64,000 nt of DNA, from contig CM075998.1 in NCBI GenBank assembly GCA_038087875.1, positions 4,218,001 to 4,282,000 on the forward strand, written 5' to 3'. The DNA is from Malacoraja senta. Lineage: Eukaryota. The position numbers and the translations under genes are program-made. Shown one piece after another: positions 24,201 through 37,800 of this stretch (the stretch's first letter is position 1; every line of letters begins with the position of its first letter). The notes beneath the pieces are model-generated. The model worked only from the letters and a program-made list of their open reading frames with translations, was not told where the DNA came from and ran no database searches.

Positions 24201-27200
24201 TGGCGACCTTGCCGGATTTATGGCGACCTTGCCGGAAATATGGCTACTTCGCCGGATTTGTGGCGACCTTGCGGATTTCTGGCTACCTTGCCGGAGATAT
24301 GGCGACCTTGCCGGATTTGTGGCGACCTTGCCGGATATATGGCGACCATGCCGGAAATATGACGACCTTCCTGATTTCTGGCGATCTTGCCGGATTTATG
24401 GCGACCTTGCCGAATTTGTGGCGGCCTTGCCGGAAATATGGCGACCCCGCCGAATTTATGGCGACCTTGCCGGATATATGGCGACCTTGCCGGATATATG
24501 GCGACCTTGCCGGAAATATGGCGACCTCGCCGGATTTATGGCGTCCTTGCCGGAAATATGGCGACCTTGCCAGATTTATGGCGACCTCGCCGGATTTATG
24601 CCGACCTTGCCGGAAATATGGCGACCTCGCCGGATTTATGGCGGCCTCGCCGGATTTAGGACCTTGCCGCAAATGTGGCGACTTCGCCGGATTTATGGCG
24701 ACCATGCCGGATTTATGGCGACCTTGCCCGAATTATGGCGACCTTGCCGGTTTTGTGGCGAACTTGCCGGATTTATGGCGACCTTTCCGGATTTGTGGCG
24801 ACCTTGCCGGAAATATGGCGACCTCGCCGGATTTGTGGCGACCTTGCGGATTTATGGCGACCTTGCCGGAAATATGGCGACCTTGCCGGATTTGAGGCGA
24901 CCTTGCGGGATTTATGACGACCTCGCCGGAAATATGGCGACCTTGCCGGATTTGTGGCGACCTTGCAGGATTTATGGAGACGTTGCTGGAAATATGTCGA
25001 CCTTGCCGGATTTGTGGCGACCTTGCGGGATTTATGGCGACCTTGCCGGAAAAATGGCGACCTTGCCGGATTTGTGGCTACTTTGCCTGATTTATGGCGA
25101 CGCCGGAATTATGGCGCCCTGGCCGGATTTGTGGCGACCTTGCCGGAAATATGGCGACCTTGCCGGATTTATGGCTACCTTGCCGGATTTATGGCGACCT
25201 TGATGGACATATGGCGACCTCGCCGGATTTATGGCGACCTTGCCGGATTTATGCCGACCATGCCGGAAATATGGCGACCTCGCCGGATTTGTGGCGACCT
25301 TGCCGGATTTATGGCGACCTTGCCGGAAATATGGCTACTTCGCCGGATTTGTGGCGACCTTGCGGATTTCTGGCTACCTTGCCGGAGATAATGGCGACCT
25401 TGCCGGAAATATGACGACCTTTCCTGATTTCTGGCGACCTTGCCGGATTTATGGCGACCTTGCCGAATTTGTGGCGGCCTTGCCGGAAATATGGCGACCC
25501 CGCCGAATTTATGGCGACCTTGCCGGATATATGGCGACCTTGCCGGATATATGGCGACCTTGCCGGAAATATGGCGACCTCGCCGGATTTATGGCGTCCT
25601 TGCCGGAAATATGGCGACCTTGCCGGATTTATGGCGAACTCGCCGGATTTATAGCGACCTTGCCGAATTTGTGGCGACCTTGCCGGATTTATGGCGACCT
25701 CGCCGGAAATGTGGCGACCTTGCCGTGTTTATGGCGATCTTGTCGGATTTATGGCGACCTCGCCGTAAATGTGGCGACCTTGCCGCATTTGTGGCCTCCT
25801 TGCCGGCTTTGTGGCGACCTCGCCGGAAATATGGCGACCTTGCCGGACTTGATGCCATCTTGCCGGATTTATGGCGACCTCGCCGGAAATATGGCGACCT
25901 TCCCTGATCTGTGGCCACCATGCCGGATTTATGGCGAACTTGCCGGAAATGTGGCGACTTTGTCTGATTTGTGGCGACCTTGCCGGGTTTATCGCGACCT
26001 TGCCGGAAATGTGGCGACCTTGCCGGATTTCAAGCGACCTTGTCGGTTTGTGGCGATCTTGTCGGATTTATGGCGACCTTGCCGGAAATGTGGCGACCTT
26101 GCCGGATTTGTGGCGACCTTGCCGGATTTTTGGCGACCTTGCCGGGTTTATGGCGACCTTGACGGAAATATGGCGACCTCGCCGGATTTTGGCGACCTTG
26201 CCGGTTTTATGGCGTCCTTGCCGGAAATATGTCGACCTTGCCGGATTTATGGCGAACTCGCCGGATTTATAGCGACCTTGCCGAATTTGTGGCGACCTTG
26301 CCGGATTTATGGCGACTTCGCCGGAAATGTGGCGACCTTGCCGGGTTTATGGCGACCTTGTCGGATTTATGGCGACCTCGCCGTAAATGTGGCGACCTTG
26401 CCGCATTTGTGGCCTCCTTGCCGGATTTATGGCGACCTCGCCGGAAATATGGCGACCTTGCCGGATTTGATGCCATCTTGCCGGATATATGGCGACCTTG
26501 CCGGAAATATGACGACCTTCCTGATTTCTGGCGACCTTGCCGGATTTATGGCGACCTTGCCGAATTTGTGGCGGCCTATCCGGAAATATGGCGACCCCGC
26601 CGAATTTATGGCGACCTTGCCGGATATATGGCGACCTTGCCGGATATATGGCGACCTTGCCGGAAATATGGCGTCCTCGCCGGATTTATGGCGTCCTTGC
26701 CGGAAATATGGCGACCTTGCCGGATTTATGGCGACCTCGCCGGATTTATGGCGACCTTGCCGGAAATATGGCGTCCTCGCCGGATTTATGGCGGCCTCGC
26801 CGGATTTAGGACCTTGCCGGAAATGTGGCGACTTCGCCGGATTTATGGCGACCATGCCGGATTTATGGCGACCTTGCCCGAATTATGGCGACCTTGCCGG
26901 TTTTGTGGCGAACTTGCCGGATTTATGGCGACCTTTCCGGATTTGTGGCGACCTTGCCGGAAATATGGCGACCTCGCCGGATTTGTGGCGACCTTGCGGA
27001 TTTCTGGCGACCTTGCCGGAAATATGGCGACCTTGCCGGATTTGTGGCGACCTTGCGGGATTTATGACGACCTCGCCGGAAATATGGCGACCTTGCCGGA
27101 TTTGTGGCGACCTTGCCGGATTTATGGAGACGTTGCTGGAAATATGTCGACCTTGCCGGATTTGTGGCGACCTTGCGGGATTTATGGCGACCTTGCCGGA

Positions 27201-27540
27201 AAAATGGCGACCTTGCCGGATTTGTGGCTACTTTGCCTGATTTATGGCGACGCCGGAATTATGGCGCCCTGGCCGGATTTGTGGCGACCTTGCCGGAAAT
27301 ATGGCGACCTTGCCGGATTTATGGTTACCTTGCCGGATTTATGGCGACCTTGATGGACATATGGCGACCTCGCCGGATTTATGGCGACCTTGCCGGATTT
27401 ATGCCGACCATGCCGGAAATATGGCGACCTCGCCGGATTTGTGGCGACCTTGCCGGATTTATGGCGACCTTGCCGGAAATATGGCTACTTCGCCGGATTT
27501 GTGGCGACCTTGCGGATTTCTGGCTACCTTGCCGGAAATA
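21253..27540. repeat. 20-bp tandem satellite, segment 2
   Basis: Same monomer and orientation as segment 1. Confidence 0.99.
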
Positions 27541-27635
27541 GAAACATAGAAACATAGAAATTAGGTGCAGGAGTAGGCCATTCGGCCCTTCGAGCCTGCA
27601 CCGCCATTCAATATGATCATGGCTGATCATCCAAC

Positions 27636-30600
27636 TCAGTATCCCGTACCTGCCTTCTCTCCATACCCTCTGATCCCTTTAGCCACAAGGGCCACATCTA
27701 GCTCCCTCTTAAATATAGCCAATGAACTGGCCTCGACTACCCTCTGTGGCAGAGAGTTCCAGAGATTCACCACTCTCTGTGTGAAAAAAGTTCTTCTCAT
27801 CTCGGTTTTAAAGGATTCCCCCCTTATCCTTAAGCTGTGACCCCTTGTCCTGGACTTCCCCAACATCGGGAGCAATCTTCCTGCATCTAGCCTGTCCAAC
27901 CCCTTAAGAATTTTGTAAGTTTCTATAAGATCCCCTCTCAATCTCCTAAATTCTAGAGAGTATAAACCAAGTCTATCCAGTCTTTCTTCATAAGACAGTC
28001 CTGACATCCCAGGAATCAGTCTGGTGAACCTTCTCTGCACTCCCTCTATGGCAATAATGTCCTTCCTCAGATTTGGAGACCAAAACTGTACGCAATACTC
28101 CAGGTGTGGTCTCACGAAGACCCTGTACAACTGCAGTAGAACCTCCCTGCTCCTATACTCAAATCCTTTTGCTATGAAAGCGAACATACCATTCGCTTTC
28201 TTCACTGCCTGCTGCACCTGCATGCCTACTTTCAATGACTGGTGTACCATGACACCCAGGTCTCGCTGCATCCCCCCTTTTCCTAGTCGGCCACCATTTA
28301 GAAAATAGTCTGCTTTCCTGTTTTTGCCACCAAAATGGATAACCTCACATTTATCCACATTATACTGCATCTGCCAAACATTTGCCCACTCACCCAGCCT
28401 ATCCAAGTCACCTTGCAGTCTCCTAGCATCCTCCTCACAGCTAACACTGCCCCCCAGCTTAGTGTCATCCGCAAACTTGGAGATATTACCTTCAATTCCC
28501 TCATCCAGGTCATTAATATATATTGTAAATAGCTGGGGTCCCAGCACTGAGCCTTGCGGTACCCCACTAGTCACTGCCTGCCATTGTGAAAAGGACCCGT
28601 TTACTCCTACTCTTTGCTTCCTGTTTGCCAGCCAGTTCTCTATCCACATCAATACTGAACCCAATGCCATGTGCTTTAAGTTTGTATACTAATCTCTTAT
28701 GTGGGACCTTGTCGAAAGCCTTCTGGAAGTCCAGATACACCACATCCACTGGTTCTCCCCTATCCACGCTACTAGTTACATCCTCGAAAAATTCTATAAG
28801 ATTCGTCAGACATGATTTACCTTTCGTAAATCCATGCTGACTTTGTCCAATGATTTCACCACTTTCCAAATGTGCTGCTATCCCATCTTTAATAACTGAC
28901 TCTAGCAGTTTCCCCACTACCGATGTTAGACTAACTGGTCTGTAATTCCCCGTTTTCTCTCTCCCTCCCTTCTGAAAAAGTGGGGTTACGTTTGCTACCC
29001 GCCAATCCTCAGGAACTACTCCAGAATCTAAAGAATTTTGAAAGATTATTACTAATGCATCCACTATTTCTGGAGCTACTTCCTTAAGTACTCTGGGATG
29101 CAGCCTATCTGGCCCTGTGGATTTATCGGCCTTTAATCCATTCAATTTACCCAAAACCACTTCCCGACTAACCTGGAATTCACTCAATTCCTCCAACTCC
29201 TTTGACCCGCGGTCCCCTGCTATTTCCGGCAGATTATTTATGTCTTCCTTAGTGAAGACGGAACCAAAGTAGTTATTCAATTGGTCCGCCATATCCTTGT
29301 TCCCCATGATCAACTCACCTGTTTCTGACTGCAAGGGACCTACATTTGTTTTAACTAATCTCTTTCTTTTTACATATTTATAAAAACTTTTGCAGTCAGT
29401 TTTTATGTTCCCTGCCAGTTTTCTTTCATAATCTATTTTTCCTTTCCTAATTAAGCCCTTTGTCCTCCTCTGCTGTTCTCTGAATTTCTCCCAGTCCTCT
29501 GGTATGCTGCTTTTTCTGGCTAATTTTTACGCATCATCTTTCGCTTTGATACCATCCCTGATTTCCCTTGTTATCCACGGATGCACTACCTTCCCTGATT
29601 TCTTCTTTTGCCAAACTGGGATGAACAATTTTTGTAGTTCATCCATGCAGTCTTTAAATGTCTTCCATTGCATGTCCACCGTCAACCCTTTTAGAATTAA
29701 TTGCCAGTCAATCATGGCCAATTCATGTCTCATACCCTCAAAGTTACCTTTCTTTAAGTTCAGAACCATTGTTTCTGAATTAACAATGTCACTCTCCATC
29801 CTAATGAAGAACTCAACCATATTATGGTCACTCTTGCCCAAGGGGGCACGTACAACAAGACTGCGAACTAACCCTTCCTCATTACTCAATACCCAGTCTA
29901 AAATAGCCTGCTCTCTCGTTGGTTCCTCCACATGTTGATTTAGATAACTATCCCGCATACATTCCAAGAAATCCTCTTCCTCAGCACCCCTGCCAATTTG
30001 ATTCACCCAATCTATATGTAGATTGAAGTCACCCATTATAACTGTTTTGCCTTTGTCGCACGCATTTCTAATTTCCTGTTTGATGCCATCCCCAACTTCA
30101 CTACTACTGCTAGGTGGCCTGTACACAACACCCACCAGCGTTTTCTGCCCCTTAGTGTTTCGCAGCTCTACCCATACCGATTCCACATCCTCCAAGCAAA
30201 TGTCCTTCCTTTCCACTGCGTTAATCTCCTCTCTAACCAGCAACGCTACCCCACCTCCTTTTCCTTTCTCTCTATCCCTCCTGAATATTGAATATCCCTG
30301 GATGTTCAGCTCCCAGCCTTGGTCACCCTGGAGCCATGTCTCCGTGATCCCAACTATATCATAGTCATTAATAGCTATCTGCACATTCAACTCATCCACC
30401 TTATTACGAATGCTCCTTGCATTGAGACACAAAGCCTTCAGGCTTGTTTTTACAACACTCTTACCCCTTATACAATTATGTTGAAAAGTGGCCCTTTTTG
30501 ATTTTTGCCCTGGTTTTGTCTGTCTTCCACTTTTACTTTTCACCTTGCTACCTATTGCTTCTACCCTCATTTTACACTCCTCTGTCTCTACGCTCACACA

Positions 30601-30665
30601 TTTAAGAAACCCTTTCCCTTTAACTCCATCCTCCACTATCCCATTCAACACCACACCCCCCTTAT
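27636..30665 (-). pseudogene. CR1 ORF2 (APE endonuclease-reverse transcriptase) with one nonsense codon and one frameshift
   Basis: NARSI, GITETWL, MGDFN and SDHN (APE); NYRPVSL, DFQKAFD, PQGSVLGP and FADD (RT). TAA at 29527-29529 is in frame with the continuation. Apparent 2-bp deletion at ~28660 (HGIG|GSVLMW). Confidence 0.93.
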
Positions 30666-31592
30666 TCAGTTTAAAACCACCCGTGTAGCAGTGGCAAACC
30701 TGCCTGCCAGAATGGTGGTCCCACACCTGTTAAGATGCAATCCGTCCCTTTTGTACAGTTCCCCCTTACCCCAAAACAGATCCCAGTGATCTAAGAATCT
30801 AAATCCCTGCCCCGTGCACCAGTTCCTGAGCCACACGTTCAGGTCCCGTATCTCCCTGTTCCTGCTCTCGCCAGCACGAGGAACTGGAAGCAAACCGGAG
30901 ATAACAACCCTGGAGGTCCTGCTTTTCACCATTTTACCGAGCTCTCTAAAGTCACGCTGCAGAATATTCATCCCCTTCTTTCCGACATCGTTTGTGCCGA
31001 CATGCACTACCACTTCCGGATGTTCACCTTCGCCCTTGAGGATTTTCTGCACTCTGTCCGTGACATCCTGGATCCTGGCACCAGGAAGGCAGCACACCAT
31101 CCTCGCATCCCGTCTGTTGCCACAGAAACCCCTGTCCGTACCTCTCACAATGGAGTCTCCCACTACAATGGCGTTGCCTGCCTTAGGCCTTTTTGGTTTT
31201 GGCTCAACAGCCCTATTCGCATCGCAAGCCAGTCCGCCGCTCAGTGTAAACACGTCTTCTGTCCCAACAGCTTCTAAGTGGGTGAACCTGTTCACAAGAG
31301 GTACAACACCCGGGGACGTTGGCATTCCATGCTTCCCTCCCTTTCTCACCGTCTCCCACCTTCTCTCTTCCAGTACCTTAGGTGTAACAATCGTACTGTA
31401 GGACTTGTCGAGGAACGACTCCGTTTCTCGGACGAACCGGAGGTCATCCACTTGCTTCTCCAGTTCCCCAACACGGCCCTTCAGGGGCTCTAAATGGATG
31501 CACTTCTCGCATTTGTAGCAGCCAGAGGCACCAGCGGTGTCCTTGACCTCCCACATACTGCAATCATCGCACTGTATCAGCTTGCCTGACAT
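30666..31592 (-). CDS. CR1 ORF1 protein (N-terminal Cys zinc finger/coiled coil + SGNH/GDSL esterase-like domain), intact 308 aa
   Basis: CDDC...CEKC zinc finger; VVGDS, HVGTND and DGLHL SGNH blocks; lies upstream of CR1 ORF2. Confidence 0.9.
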   Translation of the reverse strand: MSGKLIQCDDCSMWEVKDTAGASGCYKCEKCIHLEPLKGRVGELEKQVDDLRFVRETESFLDKSYSTIVTPKVLEERRWETVRKGGKHGMPTSPGVVPLVNRFTHLEAVGTEDVFTLSGGLACDANRAVEPKPKRPKAGNAIVVGDSIVRGTDRGFCGNRRDARMVCCLPGARIQDVTDRVQKILKGEGEHPEVVVHVGTNDVGKKGMNILQRDFRELGKMVKSRTSRVVISGLLPVPRAGESRNREIRDLNVWLRNWCTGQGFRFLDHWDLFWGKGELYKRDGLHLNRCGTTILAGRFATATRVVLN

Positions 31593-31897
31593 CTCCTTCT
31601 TTTGTCTCTACCTCTCAAGCGTATTGCGTGGTGTCCTCTCCTCGCCGAAGACTCACACTTTTCTCACAGGGCACTTCCCTCACAAGGCCGCTCACTCACT
31701 GCCGCTCGCTAAGAGCCGTCTTGCTTAAATTGACGGATAAATTGCCTGATTCACCAATTTACAAACAAAATTCCTCAGTTTTCAACTGTTTTTCCCCCCT
31801 CTGACTCACTTCTCTCCTCCCACTCGGGCTAGAGCCAATCAGTCGTATCTCTTGCTAATCTCCTGCTGCTGTTGCTCCCAAATCTACAGCAGTTCTG

Positions 31898-34800
31898 AAT
31901 ATGGCGACCTTGCCGGAAATATGACGACCTTTCCTGATTTCTGGCGACCTTGCCGGATATATGGCGACCTTGCCGAATTTGTGGCGGCCTTGCCGGAATT
32001 ATGGTGACCCCGCCGAATTTATGGCGACCTTGCCGGATATATGGCGACCTTGCCGGATATATGGCGACCTTGCCGGAAATATGGCGACCTCGCCGGATTT
32101 ATGGCGTCCTTGCCGGAAATATGGCGACCTTGCCGGATTTATGGCGAACTCGCCGGATTTATAGCGATCTTGCCGAATTTGTGGCGACCATGCCGGATTT
32201 ATGGCGACCTCGCCGGAAATGTGGCGACCTTGCCGGGTTTATGGCGACCTTGTCGGATTTGTGGCGACCTCGCCGTAAATGTGGCGACCTTGCCGCATTT
32301 GTGGCCTCCTTGCCGGATTTGTGGCGACCTCGCCGGAAATATGGCGACCTTGCCGGATTTGATGCCATCTTGCCGGATTTATGGCGACCTCGCCGGAAAT
32401 ATGGCGACCTTCCCTGATTTGTGGCCACCATGCCGGATTTATGGCGAACTTGCCGGAAATGTGGCGACTTTGTCTGATTTGTGGCGACCTTGCCGGGTTT
32501 ATGGCGACCTTGCCGGAAATGTGGCGACCTTGCCGGATTTCAAGCGACCTTGTCGGTTTGTGGCGATCTTGCCGGATTTATGGCGACCTTGCCGGAAATG
32601 TGGCGACCTTGCCGGATTTGTGGCGACCTTGCCGGATTTTTGGCGACCTTGCCGGATTTATGGCGACCTTGACGGAAATATGGCGACCTCGCCGGACTTT
32701 GGCGACCTTGCCGGTTTTATGGCGTCCTTGCCGGAAATATGTCGACCTTGCCGGATTTATGGCGAACTCGCCGGATTTATGGCGACCTTGCCGAATTTGT
32801 GGCGACCTTGCCGGATTTATGGCGACCTTGCCGGATTTATGGCGACCTCGCCGGAAATGTGGCGACCTTGCCGGGTTTATGGCGACCTTGTCGGATTTAT
32901 GGCGACCTCGCCGTAAATGTGGCGACCTTGCCGCATTTGTGGCCTCCTTGCCGGATTTATGGCGACCTCGCCGGAAATATGGCGACCTTGCCGGATTTGA
33001 TGCCATCTTGCCGGATTTATGGCGACCTCGCCGGAAATATGGCGACCTTCCCTGATTTGTGGCCACCATGCCGGATTTATGGCGAACTTGCTGGAAATGT
33101 GGCGACTTTGTCTGATTTGTGGCGACCTTGCCGGGTATATGGCGACCTTGCCGGAAATGTGGCGACCTTGCCGGATTTCAGGCGATCTTGTCGGTTTGTG
33201 GCGATCTTGCCGGATTTATGGCGACCTTGCGGGAATGTGGCGACCTTGCCGGATTTGTGGCGACCTTGCCGGATTTTTGGCGACCTTGCCCGATTTATGG
33301 CGACCTTGACGGAAATATGGCGACCTCGCCGGATTTTGGCGACTTTGCCGGTTTTATGGCGTCCTTGCCGGAAATATGTCGACCTTGCCGGATTTGTGGA
33401 GACCTTGCGGGATTTATGGCGACCTTGCCGGAAAAATGGCGACCTTGCCGGATTTGTGGCTACTTTGCCTGATTTATGGCGACCTTGCCGGAATTATGGC
33501 GCCCTGGCCGCATTTGTGGCGACCTTGCCGGAAATATGGCGACCTTGCCGGATTTATGGCTACCTTGCCGGACTTACGGCGACCTTGACGGACATATGGC
33601 GACCTCGCCGGGTTTATGGCGACCTTGCCGGATTTATGCCGACCATGCCGGAAATATGGCGACCTCGCCGGATTTATGGCGACCTTGCGGATTTCTGGCT
33701 ACCTTGCCGGAGATATGGCGACCTTGCCGGATTTGTGGCGACTTCGCCGGATATATGGCGAACTTGCCGGAATTATGACGACGTTCCTGATTTCTGGCGA
33801 CCTTGACGGATTCATGGCGACCTTGCCGAATTTGTGGTGGCCTTGCCGGAAATATGGCGACCCCGCCGAATTTATGGCGACCTTGCCGGATATATGGCGA
33901 CCTTGCCGGATATATGGCGACCTTGCCGGAAATATGGCGACCTCGCCGGATTTATGGCGTCCTTGCCGGAAATATGGCGACCTTGCCGGATTTATGGCGA
34001 CCTCGCCGGATTTGTGGCGGCCTTGCCGGAAATATGGCGACCCCGCCGAATTTATGGCGACCTTGCCGGATATATGGCGAACTTGCCGGATATATGGCGA
34101 CGTTGCCGGAAATATGGCGACCTCGCCGCATTTATGGCGTCCTTGCCGGAAATATGGCGACCTTGCCGGATTTATGGCGAACTCGCCGGATTTATAGCGA
34201 CCTTGCCGAATTTGTGGCGACCTTGCCGGATTTATGGCGACCTCGCCGGAAATGTGGCGACCTTGCCGGGTTTATGGCGACCTTGTCGGATTTATGGCGA
34301 CCTCGCCGTAAATGTGGCGACCTTGCCGCATTTGTGGCCTCCTTGCCGGATTTATGGCGACCTCGCCGGAAATATGGCGACCTTGCCGGATTTGATGCCA
34401 TCTTGCCGGATTAATGGCGACCTCGCCGGAAATATGGCGATCTTCCCTGATTTGTGGCCACCATGCCCGATTTATGGCGAACTTGCCGGAAATGTGGCGA
34501 CTTTGTCTGATTTGTGGCGACCTTGCCGGGTTTATGGCGACCTTGCCGGAAATGTGGCGACCTTGCCGGATTTCAAGCGAACTTGTCGGTTTGTGGCGAT
34601 CTTGCCGGATTTATGGCGACCTTGCCGGAAATGTGGCGACCTTGCCGGATTTGTGGCGACCTTGCCGGATTTTTGGCGACCTTGCCGGATTTATGGCGAC
34701 CTTGACGGAAATATGGCGACCTCGCCGGATTTTGGCGACCATGCCGGTTTTATGGCGTCCTTGCCGGAAATATGTAGACCTTGCCGGATTTGTGGCGACC

Positions 34801-37800
34801 TTGCGGGATTTATGGCGACCTTGCCGGAAAAATGGCGACCTTGCCGGATTTGTGGCTACTTTGCCTGATTTATGGCGACCTTGCCGGAATAATGGCGCCC
34901 TGGCCGGATTTGTGGCTACCTTGCCGGAAATATGGCGACCTTGCCGGATTTATGGCTACCTTGCCGGATTTATGGCGACCTTGACGGACATATGGCGACC
35001 TCGCCGGATTTATGGCGACCTTGCCGGATTTATGCCGACCATGCCGGAAATATGGCGACCTCGCCGGATTTGTGGCGACCTTGCCGGATTTATGGCTACT
35101 TCGCCGGATTTGTGGCGACTTCGCCGGATTTGTGGCGACCTTGCGGATTTCTGGCTACCTTGCCGGAGATATGGCGACCTTGCCGGATTTGTGGCGACTT
35201 TGCCGGATATATGGCGACCTTGCCGGAAATATGACGACCTTGCCGGAAATATGGCGACCTCGCCGGATTTATGGCGTCCTTGCCGGAAATATGGCGACCT
35301 TGCCGGATTTATGGCGATCTCGCCGGATTTATGGCGACCTTGCCGGAAATATGGCGACCTCGCCGGATTTATGGCGGCCTCGCCGGATTTAGGACCTTGC
35401 CGGAAATGTGGCGACTTCGCCGGATTTATGGCGACCATGCCGGATTTATGGCGACCTTGCCCGAATTATGGCGACCTTGCCGGTTTTGTGGCGAACTTGC
35501 CGGATTTATGGCGACCTTGCCGGAATTATGGCGCCCTGGCCGGATTTGTGGCGACCTTGCCGGAAATATGGCGACCTTGCCGGATTTATGGCTACCTTGC
35601 CGGATTTATGGCGACCTTGACGGACATATGGCGACCTTGCCGGATTTATGGCGACCTTGCCGGATTTATGCCGACCATGCCGGAAATATGGCGACCTCGC
35701 CGGATTTGTGGCGACCTTGCCGGATTTATGGCTACTTCGCCGGATTTGTGGCGACCTTGCGGATTTCTGGCGACCTTGCCGGAAATATGGCGACCTTGCC
35801 GGATTTGTGGCGACCTTGCGGGATTTATGACGACCTCGCCGGAAATATGGCGACCTTGCCGGATTTGTGGCGACCTTGCCGGATTTATGGAGACGTTGCT
35901 GGAAATATGTCGACCTTGACGGATTTGTGGCGACCTTGCGGGATTTATGGCGACCTTGCCGGAAAAATGGCGACCTTGCCGGATTTGTGGCTACTTTACC
36001 TGATTTATGGCGACCTTGCCGGAATTATGGCGCCCTGGCCGCATTTGTGGCGACCTTGCCGGAAATATGGCGACCTTGCCGGATTTATGGCTACCTTGCC
36101 GGATTTATGGCGACCTTGACGGACATATGGCGACCTGGCCGGATTTGTGGCGACCTTGCCGGGTTTAAGCAGACCATGCCGGAAATATGGCGACATCGCC
36201 GGACTTGTGGCGACCTTGCCGGATTTATGGCGACCTTGCTGGAAATATAGCTACTTCGCCGGATTTGTGGCGACCTTGCTGATTTCCGGCTACCTTGTCG
36301 GAGATATGGCGACCTTGCCGGATTTGTGACGACCTTGCCGGATATATGGCGACCTTGCCGGAAATATGACGACCTTTCCTGATTTCTGGCGACCTTGCCG
36401 GATTTATGGCGACCTTGCCGAATTCGTGGCGGCCTTGCCGGAAATATGGCGACCCCGCCGAATTTATGGCGACCTTGCCGGATATATGGCGACCTTGCCG
36501 GATATATGGCGACCTTGCCGGAAATATGGCGACCTCTCCGGATTTATGGCGTCCTTGCCGGAAATATGGCGACCTTGCCGGATTTATGGCGAACTCGCCG
36601 GATTTATGGTGTCCTTGCCGGAAATATGGCGACCTCGCCGGATTTATGGCGGCCTCGCCGGATTTAGGACCTTGCCGGATTTGTGGCGACTTCGCCGGAT
36701 TTATGGCGACCATGCCGGATTTATGGCGACCTTGCCCGAATTATGGCGACCTTGACGGACATATGGCAACCTCGCCGGATTTATGGCGACCTTGCCGGAT
36801 TTATGCCGACCATGCCGGAAATATGGCGACCTCGCCGGATTGGTAGCGACCTTGCCGGATTTATGGAGACCTTGCCGGAAATATAGCTACTTCGCCGGAT
36901 TTGTGGCGACCTTGCGGATTTCTGGCTACCTTGCCGGAGATATGGCGACCTTTCCGGATTTGTGGCGACCTTGCCGGATATATGGCGGCCTTGCCGGAAA
37001 TATGACGACCTTGCCGGATTTATGGCGACCTTGCCGAATTTGTGGCGGCCTTGCCGGAAATATGGCGACCCGCCGAATTTATGGCGACCTTGCCGGATAT
37101 ATGGCGACCTTGCCGGATATATGGCGACCTTGCCGGAAATATGGCGACCTCGCCGGATTTATGGCGTCCTTGCCGGAAATATGGCGACCTTGCCGGATTT
37201 ATGGCGAACTCGCCGGATTTATGGTGTCCTTGCCGGAAATATGGCGACCTCGCCGGATTTATGGCGGCCTCGCCAGATTTAGGACCTTGCCGGATTTGTG
37301 GCGACTTCGCCGGATATATGGCGACCTTGCCGGATATATGGCGACCTTGCCGGAAATATGGCGACCTTGCCGGTTTTGTGGCGAACTTGCCGGATTTATG
37401 GTGACCTTTCCGGGTTTGTGGCGACCTTGCCGGAAATATGGCGACCTCGCCGGATTTGTGGCGACCTTGCCGGATTTATGGCGACCTTGCCGGAAATATG
37501 GCTACTTCGCCGGATATGTGGCGAACTTGCGGATTTCTGGCGACATTGCCGGAAATATGGCGACCTTGCCGGATTTGTGGCGACCTTGCGGGATTTATGA
37601 CGACCTCGCCGGAAATATGGCGACCTTGCCGGATTTGTGGCGACCTTGCCGGATTTATGGAGACGTTGCTGGAAATATGTCGACCTTGCCGGATTTGTGG
37701 CGACCTTGCGGGATTTATGGCGACCTTGCCGGAAAAATGGCGACCTTGCCGGATTTGTGGCTACTTTGCCTGATTTATGGCGACCTTGCCGTAATTATGG

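Larger units (their letters stand above)
27541..31897 (-). mobile_element. Full-length CR1 LINE (~4.36 kb)
   Basis: (ATAGAAAC)n 3' tail, ORF2 (APE + RT), ORF1 and ~300 bp 5'UTR. Flanked by AATA on both sides (27537-27540 and 31898-31901). Confidence 0.97.

Noticed and set aside
30666..31592. Host GDSL lipase/esterase gene
   Set aside because: Intronless and embedded in a CR1; esterase-type ORF1 is a known CR1 feature.
27541..31897. Satellite plus RT as a novel RT-array system (retron/DGR/telomerase-like)
   Set aside because: The RT is an ordinary CR1 ORF2 with APE, ORF1 and tail. It is disrupted and inserted secondarily, as the empty-site twin shows.
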